Assembly (NCBI GenBank): GCA_963719035.1
Contig: CAVRAO010000012.1
Span: 258,180-322,179, forward strand
Reading direction: 5' to 3'
DNA from: Methanobacteriota archaeon
Lineage (GTDB): Archaea; Halobacteriota; Bog-38; Methanoflorentales; Methanoflorentaceae
Length of the DNA: 64,000 bases
Of the stretch, positions 52,242 through 63,980 are shown piece by piece; within the stretch, counting starts at the first letter, position 1, and each line of letters begins with the position of its first letter. The translations under genes and the position numbers were made by a program. The notes below the pieces were generated by a model that was not told where the DNA came from, did not search any database, and saw only the letters and a list, made by a program, of their open reading frames with translations.

Positions 52242-52366
52242 TATTGTCTGTCCCTCGTCAAGCGACTTGTTTTACATTGGGTTCCCTTTGAAAAGGGTTT
52301 GCGTCGCGCAAAGGGTAGGCCACGGCAAGAGTGCAGTTCATGTTGTCACAAGCAGATCGTTTGCGC

Positions 52367-55300
52367 CTACATGAAGTCGACGAGGCCCATCTGTTTTGAG
52401 GCATCGCTCTCGAACAACGAGTTGACCGACATCTCAAGGAGCGTAAGCCGCTGGCGCGTATACTTGGATACGCCATATTCGTCGGCGATCTGGATCGAAC
52501 GCTCCATGTACTTCGTTACCGAGCCTTCGTGAACGGTGAGCACGATCTTTCCACCGCATTTCGGACAGTTGCCGCTAATGGGTGGTCGCCGCACCTTGTA
52601 ATTACATTTCACACATCTCACCTTTTGGCGCGAAAAAGCTCGCAAATTGCCAATAAGGTCAGGAAGGAAGTGCGTCTTGATAACGCGCTCTGCGACGTCT
52701 CGCTCGTCTACGGCGCGAATGCGACGAGCAAGTTCAAGCTGCATCTCCATTTTTTCCATCATAGACTCAAGCACTTTGTACGAGCTGTTCAGGGGGCCGA
52801 GCGAAATCGACGACGACTGATGGGTAAACGCAAAGCCCGTGTATTCGGCGTTCGTGCCCAATCGCGACGCCACCGTCGCTACCTGAACCCGTTTCGGGTC
52901 TTCAAAGCGCAGGGTTGCGCGGTAGAACTCAAGCGGATACCGCTCGATTATGTCGAGGTTGTGCGCTTCGGCGTCGATCTCCTTCGGATCGATCCGCGTC
53001 GTCAAGACCAGTGGGGCGTCCATTTTGCCCCCGCGACGGTCGGGCAGATACGACAAAGAGAAGTTTAAAAGTCCATCCAAGAGAAGAACGACGCAGTCCT
53101 CATCTCCATCACAATTTCGACGCTTTGAAGCGTGGAAGAACGGATGAGCAAAGCCTGCCGAAGCAGGTGTGAAACCAATGACACGGCCTAGTACGCCGGC
53201 GCTTGTGTGAGGTGCCAGCCCGATCACCAATGCACCAATGAGGTCCTCTTTCGAATCTGCCTTGTAGTAAGGGGGTCGCTTATAGTATTTGACGAGCAGG
53301 TCGTCAATGAACTTGGATACGCGCAGAAGCCACTCTCCGCAGTCCTCAGACAGTATAATATCCTGCGGAGCTAGTTCAACGATCTGGTCGTCGGCTTTCA
53401 CGTTGTACCCTAACTCGACGAACTTACTCGCAGGGACTGAGAGCTCCCGCGGTGTGAAGTGCGTCGTAGGCAGGTCAGTTAAGTCGTATCTGCAGGTCCC
53501 GTCCTTGAATACGAAAATCTCGTGCTTTGCGCGCAAAATACCTTTTTCTAAGGGCTCTGGAGTTTTATTTTTAGATATCAGGCCTAATACACCTTTAAAT
53601 CTCTCGAATCGCGGCGTTTCGTCAAGTCGGGCAAGCGCTTGCTGGTAGACCTTTCGTAGATCAACAGATTGGATCCGATGACTGACACCCTGTCTGCCGC
53701 ACTTTGGACAAACGCCCCCGTTTCGCAGATCGCGCGAACATGCCGGACAGAAAATGACGGGCTCTGTAAACCCCCCGCATTCGCAGCGCGTTTGATAGGT
53801 TGTGTTCAGGCATGTTGGACAGCGACGGACGCCTACGTCAACGTCAATTATACCGAGGTAATGGGCGTCAATTTCCGAGGCGTTTTCAGCGGCCGCTTTT
53901 GATGACCCGGCTGCCCTTCGAAGAGATCGGTCACGCCCACCTGAATTGCCGATAGGGAAGAGCACATGCGGAGGTGGCTTCATCTCTCGGGCGTGAGATT
54001 TCTCAGGTCGTCCCATCCGCCCCCCGATCCTTGACGGTGCGCGTTTCCGTATTTCGATCTCGCTGAGCAGCGTTACTGCGTCAATCGTCGACTTGATGCG
54101 CGGGCTTTTAAGAGAAAACCACTCCTTGCCCAATGAGTCCGTTAGCCCGAGACTCTTGATGAATGCCACTGCGTCTTTAATTATCATTTTATCTTCAGTT
54201 ACAGCGTGTGGGATGAGCAGCGCTTCTAACAGCTCCTTCATCTTGGGGTCACAAGGCAAAACGAGGTCGACCGGCGCGTTAGAATCGTGAGCGGCTTCAA
54301 ATGGCAAGTCGCCCTGCGGTATCTGGCCCGTTTGGCTGACAAACTCGGCGAGCTGTGTCAACTGTTTGAGCGTTATATCGTGCCACAAATAGGTAAACTT
54401 GGGGTGCAATGGGATCCTGAAGTGTCGCGAAAGGTCCAGCGCGGCTGACGCAGTGAGCTCATTCACATCAACAGGAGGGACAGGTTCGTGCAAGCTCGTG
54501 GCCCCTTCTTCGAGATCTTGTACCCACCATTCGTGCACGTACGGTGAAGGAATCAGCGGGTGGTTATTGCCCAGAAAGTCTCCGTAGTTTACGAGGATCT
54601 CTCCGAGGTCGAGGATCTCGTCGATATCGTTTTGATGTTTGAGGGCCGCGTCGTAAGCGTCAATGCGGACGACACTTCCGTTATATAGTTTAACGGTCGG
54701 TCCTTCAATCGAATCGACTGAAGAAATGCCAGCAGCCTTACCCGGCCGCTCCATCTTCAATTGCGTACCCGGGGCGAGGAACTCACCGAGCACGACCATC
54801 GTTGCGGGGTTGATACCAGCAGAGGCAAAGCCCGTGTTGCGCGCTCTTCCATAGCGAAGACGAAAGGCCCCCTTACGGGAAGGATGCGAGAATACCGGCC
54901 GGCCTGCAATGATGTCTTCCATATACTTCCAGCTTGGGGCAATCGTGCTTTCGCCGCCTCGCTTTTTGGCGATTTTTGACCCTTTTTCACCCCCCTCTTC
55001 AGACACGTTCACGTGAATGATCTCGTCTAGCCACTCCCAACCGTCCAGTCCGAGCTGCGACACGTACTTCTTCAGTTTAGGCGCTTTCTGAGCCAGCCCT
55101 TCTGCCAAGACGAGCGCCATGCCACCGCGAACGGCGTTCGTTTTTACGCGTTCAAGGTTACGATAGCCTGCAACCTCCTCCTTTTCAGTCGCTTCGCCAT
55201 TGATACAGATGGGGCAATTCGTGACAATGGTTCTGATGTCACTAGCCGGTGGCGTGTATTGCAGGTTCACGAGCGTCTTGTAAAGGGGAATCTCTTCAAT

Positions 55301-55840
55301 ATATCGCTCAACTTCATCGTTCCGTGGCACATATCGACCAATGCCGACGGCGCGCCTAACGTAGTCGGCGACCAACACAGAGAGGGCTTGAGCAGTCCCT
55401 CCCGCGCTTCTGATGGGGCCGGAATAGAATATTTGTAAGTAGTCGGTCCGATCGTCATTCTGACCGAGCTCCACGCGTGCAATGCCCTCAATGGGCGCTG
55501 CCACGACACCCTCGGTCAACATCGCAACCGCGGTCCTGACGGCCTTTTCTACAACTTGAACTTTGCTCTCATAAGCGCCGAATTCGCCATTGGCGAAGCC
55601 CAGACCAATTGCGAGGGCAGCCTCTTCGCGTGACATTGTTTCGTCAAGCTGCCTTATGCGCTGCGCAATTCCAGGGATGCCGATGAGGTTCTCAACGCGC
55701 TCAGCAAGGTCACGAGCAGGTAGGATTTCGGGAGAAAGAGACGGATCCTCGCCGTTTTTCCGTGCTTCAGAGGCGATAGCGAAACACGCCTGAAGCTCAG
55801 CTTCTAGTTTTTCAAAGTATTCATTGATGTCTCTAATCAT
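52367..55840 (-). CDS. polC: DNA polymerase II (PolD) large subunit DP2, no intein
   Basis: [42 protein letters not shown]-terminal Zn finger and GLVDFM. Confidence 0.98.
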   Translation of the reverse strand: MIRDINEYFEKLEAELQACFAIASEARKNGEDPSLSPEILPARDLAERVENLIGIPGIAQRIRQLDETMSREEAALAIGLGFANGEFGAYESKVQVVEKAVRTAVAMLTEGVVAAPIEGIARVELGQNDDRTDYLQIFYSGPIRSAGGTAQALSVLVADYVRRAVGIGRYVPRNDEVERYIEEIPLYKTLVNLQYTPPASDIRTIVTNCPICINGEATEKEEVAGYRNLERVKTNAVRGGMALVLAEGLAQKAPKLKKYVSQLGLDGWEWLDEIIHVNVSEEGGEKGSKIAKKRGGESTIAPSWKYMEDIIAGRPVFSHPSRKGAFRLRYGRARNTGFASAGINPATMVVLGEFLAPGTQLKMERPGKAAGISSVDSIEGPTVKLYNGSVVRIDAYDAALKHQNDIDEILDLGEILVNYGDFLGNNHPLIPSPYVHEWWVQDLEEGATSLHEPVPPVDVNELTASAALDLSRHFRIPLHPKFTYLWHDITLKQLTQLAEFVSQTGQIPQGDLPFEAAHDSNAPVDLVLPCDPKMKELLEALLIPHAVTEDKMIIKDAVAFIKSLGLTDSLGKEWFSLKSPRIKSTIDAVTLLSEIEIRKRAPSRIGGRMGRPEKSHAREMKPPPHVLFPIGNSGGRDRSLRRAAGSSKAAAENASEIDAHYLGIIDVDVGVRRCPTCLNTTYQTRCECGGFTEPVIFCPACSRDLRNGGVCPKCGRQGVSHRIQSVDLRKVYQQALARLDETPRFERFKGVLGLISKNKTPEPLEKGILRAKHEIFVFKDGTCRYDLTDLPTTHFTPRELSVPASKFVELGYNVKADDQIVELAPQDIILSEDCGEWLLRVSKFIDDLLVKYYKRPPYYKADSKEDLIGALVIGLAPHTSAGVLGRVIGFTPASAGFAHPFFHASKRRNCDGDEDCVVLLLDGLLNFSLSYLPDRRGGKMDAPLVLTTRIDPKEIDAEAHNLDIIERYPLEFYRATLRFEDPKRVQVATVASRLGTNAEYTGFAFTHQSSSISLGPLNSSYKVLESMMEKMEMQLELARRIRAVDERDVAERVIKTHFLPDLIGNLRAFSRQKVRCVKCNYKVRRPPISGNCPKCGGKIVLTVHEGSVTKYMERSIQIADEYGVSKYTRQRLTLLEMSVNSLFESDASKQMGLVDFM

Positions 55841-56036
55841 TACATCATCTTGACAAGCTGACCGGAGAAGGAAGCGGCTCCTTATCAACAGTATTGTTGT
55901 TGATACAAGTTAACCTTTCTCGTGTTGGTGTTTTTTGGAATAAGAAAAGACGATCGAGATTTCACAGGTGCGCGAGGTTCTTTAGCCCGATGGAAATAGA
56001 GATAAATACATGTAAGCATATCATCCCGTGGTTGAA

Positions 56037-56409
56037 ATGGCTGGTATTAACATATTTAAGCTTAAAAACGATTACGTCTTTAAACAGTACTTTGGCGATC
56101 GTGGAGCTCTTCACGCAATTAGGCGATTACTACAACAAAGCAAAATATCGTTTTGAAATCTCCGAGGCAGATCTAGAAAAGGTTCAAGACATCCTTCAGG
56201 CAGCAGGATACGATATTACTATAATCGATAATCCTAAAGAGTTCGTCGTAACGATCGGCCGATTTCAGAAACACAAAGAGATCCTCAAAAACAGCGTCGA
56301 CGTCGAGGAGGTAGGGGATGACAAGATCTTTCTAATGAAGGATCTCGAGACAGTCGAAATGGCGCTGAGCATGGGCGCTACAAAGTACGAAGGTGACCTC
56401 TTCAGCTAA
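56037..56409 (+). CDS. archaeal hypothetical protein, frameshift at ~56103
   Basis: MAGINIFKLKNDYVFKQYFGDR joins ELFTQLGDYYNKAKYRFE...FLMKD in the ORF-track frame. Confidence 0.6.
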
Positions 56410-56833
56410 ACGCGCTTTTTGTCCGTCATCGCCGCTTAGCACGCACCGCAGCTTTTGAGAGCAGAGTGGCGTCGCTACACTTAGAGCGTATGCTATACTG
56501 ATTACGTAACGCGAATATCGCGTCCCTTGCTAGTTGCTAGACAAGCTAATTTTTCGAATTGTCTTACTTTTCGGTCGTTTTGAACTCTCGCAAGCGCTCA
56601 GTTTGGGTCTGCTCGCACTTTTTAGGCGTCTATGGTCGGCATTTTCGGCGATTCTGAGGTTTAGCACCGCCGTTACGCGTAAGTACGCCGCGTGTAAAAA
56701 AGCGAATGGCCACGTCATAAGAGAACAAAGCGTAGGGTAATATATCTGCAAATTCTAAGGCGTTATGTTTGCGCGTTAAACGCGAATCTGAGAGAGGGAG
56801 CATTCCCCCGCGAATCTGGAGAGTCGAAATGTT

Positions 56834-58075
56834 ATGAACCCAACAAAAAATCTGGACACCCACGACGGAGTGCCGTTGAGGATATGCATGGTGACCCCGT
56901 TTCCACCGCGCCACGACGGAATCGCGATATACTCGTCTGACCTGATCGGCGCCATGGAGCGTTATGGTCACACCGTCTACGTGATCAGCCACACGGACGA
57001 GCAAGTGGGCGGGCACGAATCGCAACCAAACGTTTTTGGGATTATAGATATCTCGAAGCCCGATTGGGAACGCGTCATTTTTGACAAGATAATGGATTTG
57101 AAACCAGACGTCGTACACATTCAACACGAATACGGGTTATACGCTAACGAGGGAGATTATGGCATCAGCATCATCGATTTGCTCTTTCTGCTTTTCGTTG
57201 CGCGCGTGCCTACGGTGATCACGTACCATTCGGTCTACAGCACACTCAGTCGAGAAGAGGCCATCTTTACGAGCTTAAGCCTGGACACCGTAGACGCAGG
57301 CATTGTGCACGAAGAGTTTCAGAAGATCTTTTTGCCAGCTAACTTGGGCAGGATTCCAAACAACGTCTACGTCATCCCACACGGGGCAAAGGCCGTAGTC
57401 GCTGAAGATGTCCCCGACGTTCGAGAAGCGAAGAGGCAGGCCGGATACGAGGGTAAGAAAGTCGTCCTTTGCATCGGGTGGTGGGAGCCAAACAAGCGGT
57501 TCGAAGACGTGGTTACCATATGGCCCGACATCCTCGAAAAGGCCAAGAACGCAGTTCTGATTATTGCAGGTGACGCACGGCCAGGATCCCCCAGTGGGCT
57601 CTACTACAAGCCCAAGCTGCTTAAGGCCATTCGAGAATCTCCGGTGAAGGACGAGATACGGGTCATCACTGGTGCGTTCACGCCAAAGGAATACGACTCA
57701 ATACTTAACCTGGCTGATCTAGTGGTCTTACCATATGATCGCGCGTCGCAAAGCGGGAATCTTGCACACGCGTTCGCCTTGGGAAAACCCGCAGTAGTGA
57801 CAGCGGTTGAAGGCCTCAAGGCAGAAGTCGAAGCAAGTCAGGCAGGCGCAACCGTCCCGCTTGGATCGCTTGAGGATTTAAAGGCTGCTTTGCTCTTACT
57901 TTTGCGAAATAACGAGTTGAGGGAGCTTTTCTCTCAGCGCGCGCTCGAGTACGTTCAGAAAAAGATAGGATGGTCAATCGTGGCGCAAAAACACGTCCTC
58001 CTTTACAAGATAGCTGTGCAAAAAGAAAGGATGAAAGTCACGCCCACGGCAGGACTTGATATCAGTCGCGGCTAG
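56834..58075 (+). CDS. glycosyltransferase family 4
   Basis: PPRHDGIAIY, HIQHEYG, VIPHG, VLPY...QSG.LAHAFALGKP. Confidence 0.9.
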   Translation: MNPTKNLDTHDGVPLRICMVTPFPPRHDGIAIYSSDLIGAMERYGHTVYVISHTDEQVGGHESQPNVFGIIDISKPDWERVIFDKIMDLKPDVVHIQHEYGLYANEGDYGISIIDLLFLLFVARVPTVITYHSVYSTLSREEAIFTSLSLDTVDAGIVHEEFQKIFLPANLGRIPNNVYVIPHGAKAVVAEDVPDVREAKRQAGYEGKKVVLCIGWWEPNKRFEDVVTIWPDILEKAKNAVLIIAGDARPGSPSGLYYKPKLLKAIRESPVKDEIRVITGAFTPKEYDSILNLADLVVLPYDRASQSGNLAHAFALGKPAVVTAVEGLKAEVEASQAGATVPLGSLEDLKAALLLLLRNNELRELFSQRALEYVQKKIGWSIVAQKHVLLYKIAVQKERMKVTPTAGLDISRG

Positions 58076-58239
58076 CAGCATCGACGGTTTAGGCAGCGGC
58101 CGTGAGACCGTGAAGAGCCGACGGGACACGTTAACGCTCATTTACAGTCGTTTGACGCTACCTGACGAAAGTTATATACTCTTTAGCACAGTAGTACGCA
58201 AGAGTTCCGGACGTACCTTCCGGACGCGCAGAGGTTCTT

Positions 58240-60015
58240 ATGCCAATTTCCACTGACGACATAACGATAGCGAGTTTTCCCAAGCTGTTTGACCAGATAA
58301 TAGAGGAAAAGCAGAAGGTGGGTTTGAAGCCCATCCAGAATAATCCGTCTGATCTCTTAGAGCGAGCAAAATATTACGGAACGCAGTTTAAAAATGGATC
58401 TTGGAACTGGGCATCAAACATTTGGAGCCGAAGTGCTGCAGGTAGCGTCGTTGTCGAGCGCGAGGAGGATTTGCGCATCGAGCATCAGCTATTGATGCTC
58501 CGCGTGTTGGAGCACGTTCTTGATCAGCCGCTCATACAGGCAGATGCCACGCTCGGCCAAAAGGGTTCAAAGGGTGAGATGAAATGTCGACTCTATTGCG
58601 ACGCCCAGTTTCCTGACGTCGCATATCGTTGGCAAGCGGTGAATTTTCCGGGCGATCCCGATGCACAACCTGACGCGCAGCTCTTTATGATCCCTCACTA
58701 CCTCGAGAATCCCAATGTGCCTGGAAAAAACGAGATGCTCAAGGTCATCAGGTTTCCCTTCCACGATTACTCGGTTGTCGTTGGATCGTCTTACATGGGA
58801 GAAGCGAAGAAGGCGTTCCTTTCGCATTGGATATATGAGATCTACAAACGAGGGGGTACGGGCGAGCACGCTTCGCTAAAGGAGTTTACGGTCAAGCGTG
58901 TTGACGGCACTAGCAAGAATATAGTGATGTGTGTGTGGGGATTGACAGGCAGCGGAAAATCCACGCACGGACATTATGTCTATGATGATAAGATAGCGCA
59001 GATCTATGTCGATAAGTTTGGAATCGATCCGCTTGCGTTCATATCTAACCAACTTATACGAAATGACGACGTCGTTGCAGTGTTCGACGACCGCGTAGTA
59101 AGCCCAGAACGCGGCTGCTGGACTAAAACAGAGGACGTCGACGTTACGCAGCACGCCATCTATAACGCCGGAACGTCGCCAAACGCGCTTCACGAAAACA
59201 CTGAGTGGGACGAACACGGTAACGTGAGTTTCCGCGGAGAGATTCTCCAGTATCATGGAAAACTGAATCAAAACGCGCGGAGCATTATTTTCTTAGAGGA
59301 CACCGGCTACTTCGATGGAAATGTCGACTCCGCCGGACCGCTCAATATGGCCGTATTCATTAGTCCTGGGTATATCTCAGACTATGCCTGGGTGAAACTG
59401 AATTACCCGGCGTTCGCCGCAAAAGTGCTCGCAGACGGAAGAACAATTGGCCACCCGGCGCAAAGCCGCGAGGGCGTCGGTGGTGAGAAGTACGAATCAA
59501 GGTATTGTCTTCCATTCACAATGGGCGTTGGCAACGCAGCTCACGTCCACCGATTTTATTCCGTTATGAAAGAAAGGGTAGAGACCGATAATCCGATAGA
59601 ATCTTACTTGATTAACACGACCGGACGCGTCGGCGCTAAATATGTCTGGGCCGATACGCGCCTCGGTGACGAAAACGTCTGGCTTGCAAAGACGCTTTTT
59701 GAAGAAGTGAAAGGCAAAAATAAGCCTGTCGGGGGGACAGGCCCGACCATCGAAGAAACACAGTTGTTCTTGATCCAAGCAACGCGCGGCGCAGTTGACT
59801 ATGAGCCACACCCGTTCTGGGGCGACAGTGTGCTTGTGCCCACCTCTGTTGATGGGCTGCCGCACGAGCGCTTAAGGGAACTTAATCCGTTTACGTATCG
59901 GACCGCAGAAGAGATGGAAGCACTCCTCAGACAACAGATTGTACAAAGCAAGTACTACCTCAAAGCTCAGTGTGCACACCTTAACAAGCAGATATTGAAT
60001 GCAATGGACTTCTAA
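58240..60015 (+). CDS. phosphoenolpyruvate carboxykinase (ATP-type), divergent
   Basis: YMGEAKK, EHAS, GLTGSGKST, NDD, ERGCWTKT, NARS, YLINTTG map onto PEPCK motifs. Confidence 0.78.
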   Translation: MPISTDDITIASFPKLFDQIIEEKQKVGLKPIQNNPSDLLERAKYYGTQFKNGSWNWASNIWSRSAAGSVVVEREEDLRIEHQLLMLRVLEHVLDQPLIQADATLGQKGSKGEMKCRLYCDAQFPDVAYRWQAVNFPGDPDAQPDAQLFMIPHYLENPNVPGKNEMLKVIRFPFHDYSVVVGSSYMGEAKKAFLSHWIYEIYKRGGTGEHASLKEFTVKRVDGTSKNIVMCVWGLTGSGKSTHGHYVYDDKIAQIYVDKFGIDPLAFISNQLIRNDDVVAVFDDRVVSPERGCWTKTEDVDVTQHAIYNAGTSPNALHENTEWDEHGNVSFRGEILQYHGKLNQNARSIIFLEDTGYFDGNVDSAGPLNMAVFISPGYISDYAWVKLNYPAFAAKVLADGRTIGHPAQSREGVGGEKYESRYCLPFTMGVGNAAHVHRFYSVMKERVETDNPIESYLINTTGRVGAKYVWADTRLGDENVWLAKTLFEEVKGKNKPVGGTGPTIEETQLFLIQATRGAVDYEPHPFWGDSVLVPTSVDGLPHERLRELNPFTYRTAEEMEALLRQQIVQSKYYLKAQCAHLNKQILNAMDF

Positions 60016-60217
60016 GACCGCAGCTGACCCGTCGTGAGACCGCCGCGTTCATCTCGGAAATTGCCATTTAGGGTCCTCGTGTCGAAATAATAGTGGATCA
60101 GGCTTCCAGCAAACGACCCTTTGAGCATCAAATAGTATTGTCCACGACCTTTCCGATTAGAGGCACAACTTAATGCGCAACCTTTATTGCTTGGTTGCGA
60201 TATTGTAAACCGAGTTT

Positions 60218-60628
60218 ATGACCGATACAATGTTGTGTAAGTCTTGTGGAACAACCTTAAGCCCTACAGCGCGTTTTTGCAGAGAATGCGGAACCGCTGT
60301 GATCGAACAGCCCAGCGTCGATAAGAGCGTATCGACTGCGCCCGTAGAGACAGCGGTGGAGTCGCCAACTGGAAAGGAGCAGGTCAACGAAGGCGTTGCT
60401 CTATACGAGAAAGGTGACTATAACGGTGCATTAAGCAAGTTCGAAAAGGCAACTGAATCCGATCCCGCTCTGGCAGCTGCCTGGAGTGACAAAGGCTGTG
60501 CCTTGGGACGTCTTGGCAAGCGCGACGCTGCTTTAGAAGCTTTCAACAAGGCTCTTGAGATTGCGCCAGACAATCGCTTAGCACGCGAAGGCAGAGAACT
60601 ATGCCTACGTATGCTTGGCTCTTCATAA
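60218..60628 (+). CDS. zinc-ribbon + TPR protein
   Basis: CKSCG...FCRECG; AWSDKG...ALEAFNKALE. Confidence 0.85.
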   Translation: MTDTMLCKSCGTTLSPTARFCRECGTAVIEQPSVDKSVSTAPVETAVESPTGKEQVNEGVALYEKGDYNGALSKFEKATESDPALAAAWSDKGCALGRLGKRDAALEAFNKALEIAPDNRLAREGRELCLRMLGSS

Positions 60629-61055
60629 TAAGCTAGCTGATTACCCCCCGCCTCGGATGCACTGGCCCCTGAAGTTGATCGGGCTGCGACTGTCGCAGTG
60701 GCGCGAGTATTTCGTACCTCTAGCTAGCTAGTGGAACGTCTCTGCAGAAAAAGTGGGCTCACGGGGATTATAGGACTTTTAGCTACTAATCAATCCGAAT
60801 AAAGACCAGTAGTGATTTTGGGCGCTGATTACAAGCGCCAAGCTTCTTTTTTTAAAGCTTTCTCTTTTGCAGCCTTTCGTCAATTGCAAGCTCGCCCTTT
60901 GGCGTGCTTACTGCGGCGCTCAAGTCAATGCGATTCAAAACATTTACGATCTTCTAAAATGACTTTTAGTGGGCATACTATTTATCGAGGAAGCGAATCG
61001 TTTGAAGGGGCAGGCAGCCGTGAGAATATTTGACAGCAAACCTAATATTTCAAAA

Positions 61056-62132
61056 ATGGCCGCCGATAGTGACGTTGAAAACCTAGCACACATCGTGGAA
61101 TTTGGCGGCCCTAGTTTCGACCACGATGAAAACACGCGCAGAGAAGCCGTCGACGCGCTTGGCAGTCTTACAGATCAAAGGGCGATTGATCCTCTCGTTG
61201 GGGCGTTACAGGATGAAAACGGGCGTGTGCGCGTGAGCGCCATAGCAGCCCTCAAGAGGCACGAGGCGGTAGACCCCCTCTTCAATGCACTCCATTCAAA
61301 GGATAACGAGGTGCGCAGAGCCGCGGCCGAAGCTCTCGGCCAGTTGGGAAATCCCCGCGCCGTCCAACCACTCATAGAGAGCTTAAATGATGATGACCGG
61401 CGTGTTCAAATCGCTGCTGTTCAGGGCTTAGCACGCCTCGGCGAACCATCAATAGATCCCTTGATTCGAGCGCTTCAAGCTACGAATAAAAACACACGCA
61501 GAGCCGCGGCCGAAGCCCTCGGCAACCGCGGCAACCAACGCGCCGTTCTTCCACTTATACCCCTCTTAAAAGATCAAGACTGGCACGTAAGCTTTGCAGC
61601 AGCGTGTGCGCTTAAGCAGTTAAACGACCTGCGTTCATTAGGACCGTTCTTAGAAGTCTTGGCAGGCGAATCGACAGACGTCCGACGAGTTGCTGCCGAA
61701 GCCCTCGGCCAGTTGGGAAATACCCGCGCCGTCCAACCACTCATTCGCGCGTTATACGCCGAAAATAGTGACCTCCGACGAGCTGCTGCCAAAGCCCTCG
61801 GCCGGCTCGGAAATACCCGCGCCGTGCCACCACTCATCGAAGCGCTATCCGATAGTTTCAAAAATGTGCGTGAAGTCGCGGCCTTAGCATTGGGAGAACT
61901 TAACAACACTCAAGCGGTGGAGCCCCTCATAAAAGCTCTGGGCGATCAGTATAGCGACGTGCGCGAAGCTGCCGCAGTGGCGCTAGGACAACTAGGAGAC
62001 CCTCGTGCGACGGACCCCCTTAATGAAGCGCTCGAAGATACCGATCAGCGTGTGCAAAAGGCTGCTGCACATGCTCTCCAGAGCATAACCGAAAAAAACC
62101 GCCCCTTTAAACGCGCAATATCGATAACGTAA
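61056..62132 (+). CDS. HEAT repeat (PBS lyase-like) protein
   Basis: repeated VRRAAAEALGQLGNPRAVQPLI units. Confidence 0.9.
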   Translation: MAADSDVENLAHIVEFGGPSFDHDENTRREAVDALGSLTDQRAIDPLVGALQDENGRVRVSAIAALKRHEAVDPLFNALHSKDNEVRRAAAEALGQLGNPRAVQPLIESLNDDDRRVQIAAVQGLARLGEPSIDPLIRALQATNKNTRRAAAEALGNRGNQRAVLPLIPLLKDQDWHVSFAAACALKQLNDLRSLGPFLEVLAGESTDVRRVAAEALGQLGNTRAVQPLIRALYAENSDLRRAAAKALGRLGNTRAVPPLIEALSDSFKNVREVAALALGELNNTQAVEPLIKALGDQYSDVREAAAVALGQLGDPRATDPLNEALEDTDQRVQKAAAHALQSITEKNRPFKRAISIT

Positions 62133-62481
62133 GCAGCCTCTGATTCAGAACAAGATGAAGACAGGTACCTCCTCTTTTCGGCGATCATGGGAGTGTGTTT
62201 ACCGCGTATGGCGCCGGGGCCATTATAGGATTCTCGCTGGGCAGGTACGGGATCTCGTCGGTAGTTATGTCGCGGTACTGCCCATCGCTGGCATTGTGAT
62301 CTCGTTCTTCCTTATCCGGGCGCCAAGTCAGGAAAGTCGTGAGCCATAATCGTAGACCGCTCGAGCACGACATTCTAATAGGTATAGACCGGCTGATCAC
62401 ATGGGGCGCGAAAATCGAGCTTCGGGAAGCGGTGCGCTCGACAGAAACTGCAGACCACGGGGATGATCTATAAAACCTGAG

Positions 62482-62496
62482 CGTGCTAGCCCGGTG
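62482..62496 (+). repeat. 15-bp direct repeat CGTGCTAGCCCGGTG (partner 63966-63980)
   Basis: identical copies read directly. Confidence 0.75.
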
Positions 62497-62583
62497 AAGG
62501 CATGGAATCCGTTATCCTCAGCCATTCACTTTCACCTCCCTTCCGCCACATCACTTATCCCTTACTCCCCCATACCATTTTTC

Positions 62584-63298
62584 ATGGACCCGATCATTGC
62601 GCAGATACGGCAGGAGCTCGCAGCGCTGGCTGATCCTGAAATTCAGGCAAGCTCACAGAGATTCTTCAAGGAAGAAATTCGGTGTTACGGCATGAAGACC
62701 GCCACCGTGATTGCAATGGCAAAGAAATACTGGAAGGAGGTTAAGAACCGCCCAAAGCCGGAGATCTTTGCTCTCTGCGAGGAACTCTACCGGTCGGGAT
62801 ACATGGAGGAGTCTTTCATCGTTTCTCAATGGGCTCATTCCCTTTCGGGCCGGTATGAGCGCGAGGATCTTGCCGTCTTCCAGCGCTGGATCGAAACTGT
62901 ACATTACCAACTGGGCGTCGTGCGACGGGCTCTGCAATCATACAGTGGGTGACTTCATCGAACAATACCCGGAATATACCGATGAACTGAAACGCTGGAC
63001 TCAGTCGAAAAACCGGTGGATGCGCCGCGCATCAGCTGTTTCTCTCATTGTCCCCGCAAAACACGGGAAGTTCCTCAAAGAGTCCATTGAAATTGCCGAC
63101 CTACTGCTCACCGATACAGACGATATGGTACAGAAAGGGTACGGATGGTTACTAAAGGAGGCAAGCCGGAAGCACACTGACGAGGTCTTTGCTTATGTTA
63201 TGAAAAACAAGAGGCAGATGCCCCGAACGGCGCTGCGGTATGCGATTGAGCTGATGCCAAAGGAACTGAAGGCAGAAGCCATGAAGAAGAACTGGTAA
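62584..63298 (+). CDS. DNA alkylation repair protein (AlkD-like); +1 frameshift at ~62898
   Basis: YITNWASCDG, WMRRAS, MVQKGYGWLLKE, RTALRYAIE. Confidence 0.88.
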
Positions 63299-63457
63299 TT
63301 CCGGTTTTTTCCGACAGAACATAATTTTCTTTTGCATTCCCGTTCATAGTGGCCATAAAGTGACGATAGAACATGCATTTCTCGGAAGACGATATAACAG
63401 CTTAATAATAGTAGCGCACCCATCATCGCATTATTAACGTGCGGAGGTGGGTAAAAT

Positions 63458-63664
63458 ATGGGCGGAATAGACAGAGATGACTTAAAAAAAGTATTGGAAG
63501 CGTTGAGCAAGAAGAACGCGCTGCACGATGGCGATATCATCGAGGTCATTAAAGAAGGCGAACAAGACCCAACCAGGGTTGCGATTTCTGTAATTGATGA
63601 TGAAACTGAGTGTAACCAATGCGGGCCGCCGACGCCGCGCAAAAATAAGCAGCAAAGCCATTGA
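63458..63664 (+). CDS. small hypothetical protein with C-terminal CxxC
   Basis: GGAGGTG RBS; ...DDETECNQCGPPTPRK. Confidence 0.5.
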   Translation: MGGIDRDDLKKVLEALSKKNALHDGDIIEVIKEGEQDPTRVAISVIDDETECNQCGPPTPRKNKQQSH

Positions 63665-63965
63665 GCCGCTGCACGATAAGCGCACGTGTTAGTCCTGCAT
63701 GTTTTCTATTTTGACAATGGAGCCCCTCTGACAAGTGGCGGGCACTGGGCTGCTCTTTAGTTATTAGTTTTAGCAACGCGCTCCATATAGACGCATAAAC
63801 GAGCAGCACGCTTTCAAAAACGCTTATTTTTTTAGGCGTTTATCCTAAACTGGCCTGAACCCTCCCTCGTGAAACTACGACTCGCAAAACTATTTTAACG
63901 ATTACCCCACTCATTTTTTAGCAGAATCCTGCTAGTTGCCTTCTATTAAGCATTCGCGTATGACC

Positions 63966-63980
63966 CGTGCTAGCCCGGTG
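63966..63980 (+). repeat. 15-bp direct repeat CGTGCTAGCCCGGTG (partner 62482-62496)
   Basis: identical copies read directly. Confidence 0.75.

Noticed and set aside
52367-55840. Intein in polC
   Set aside because: [10 protein letters not shown] is uninterrupted and the length is typical of intein-free DP2.
143-63809. Numerous antisense or alternative-frame ORFs in the track (e.g. 143-721, 6524-7207, 22674-23336, 30290-31150)
   Set aside because: They are shadows of better-supported genes and show no motifs of their own.
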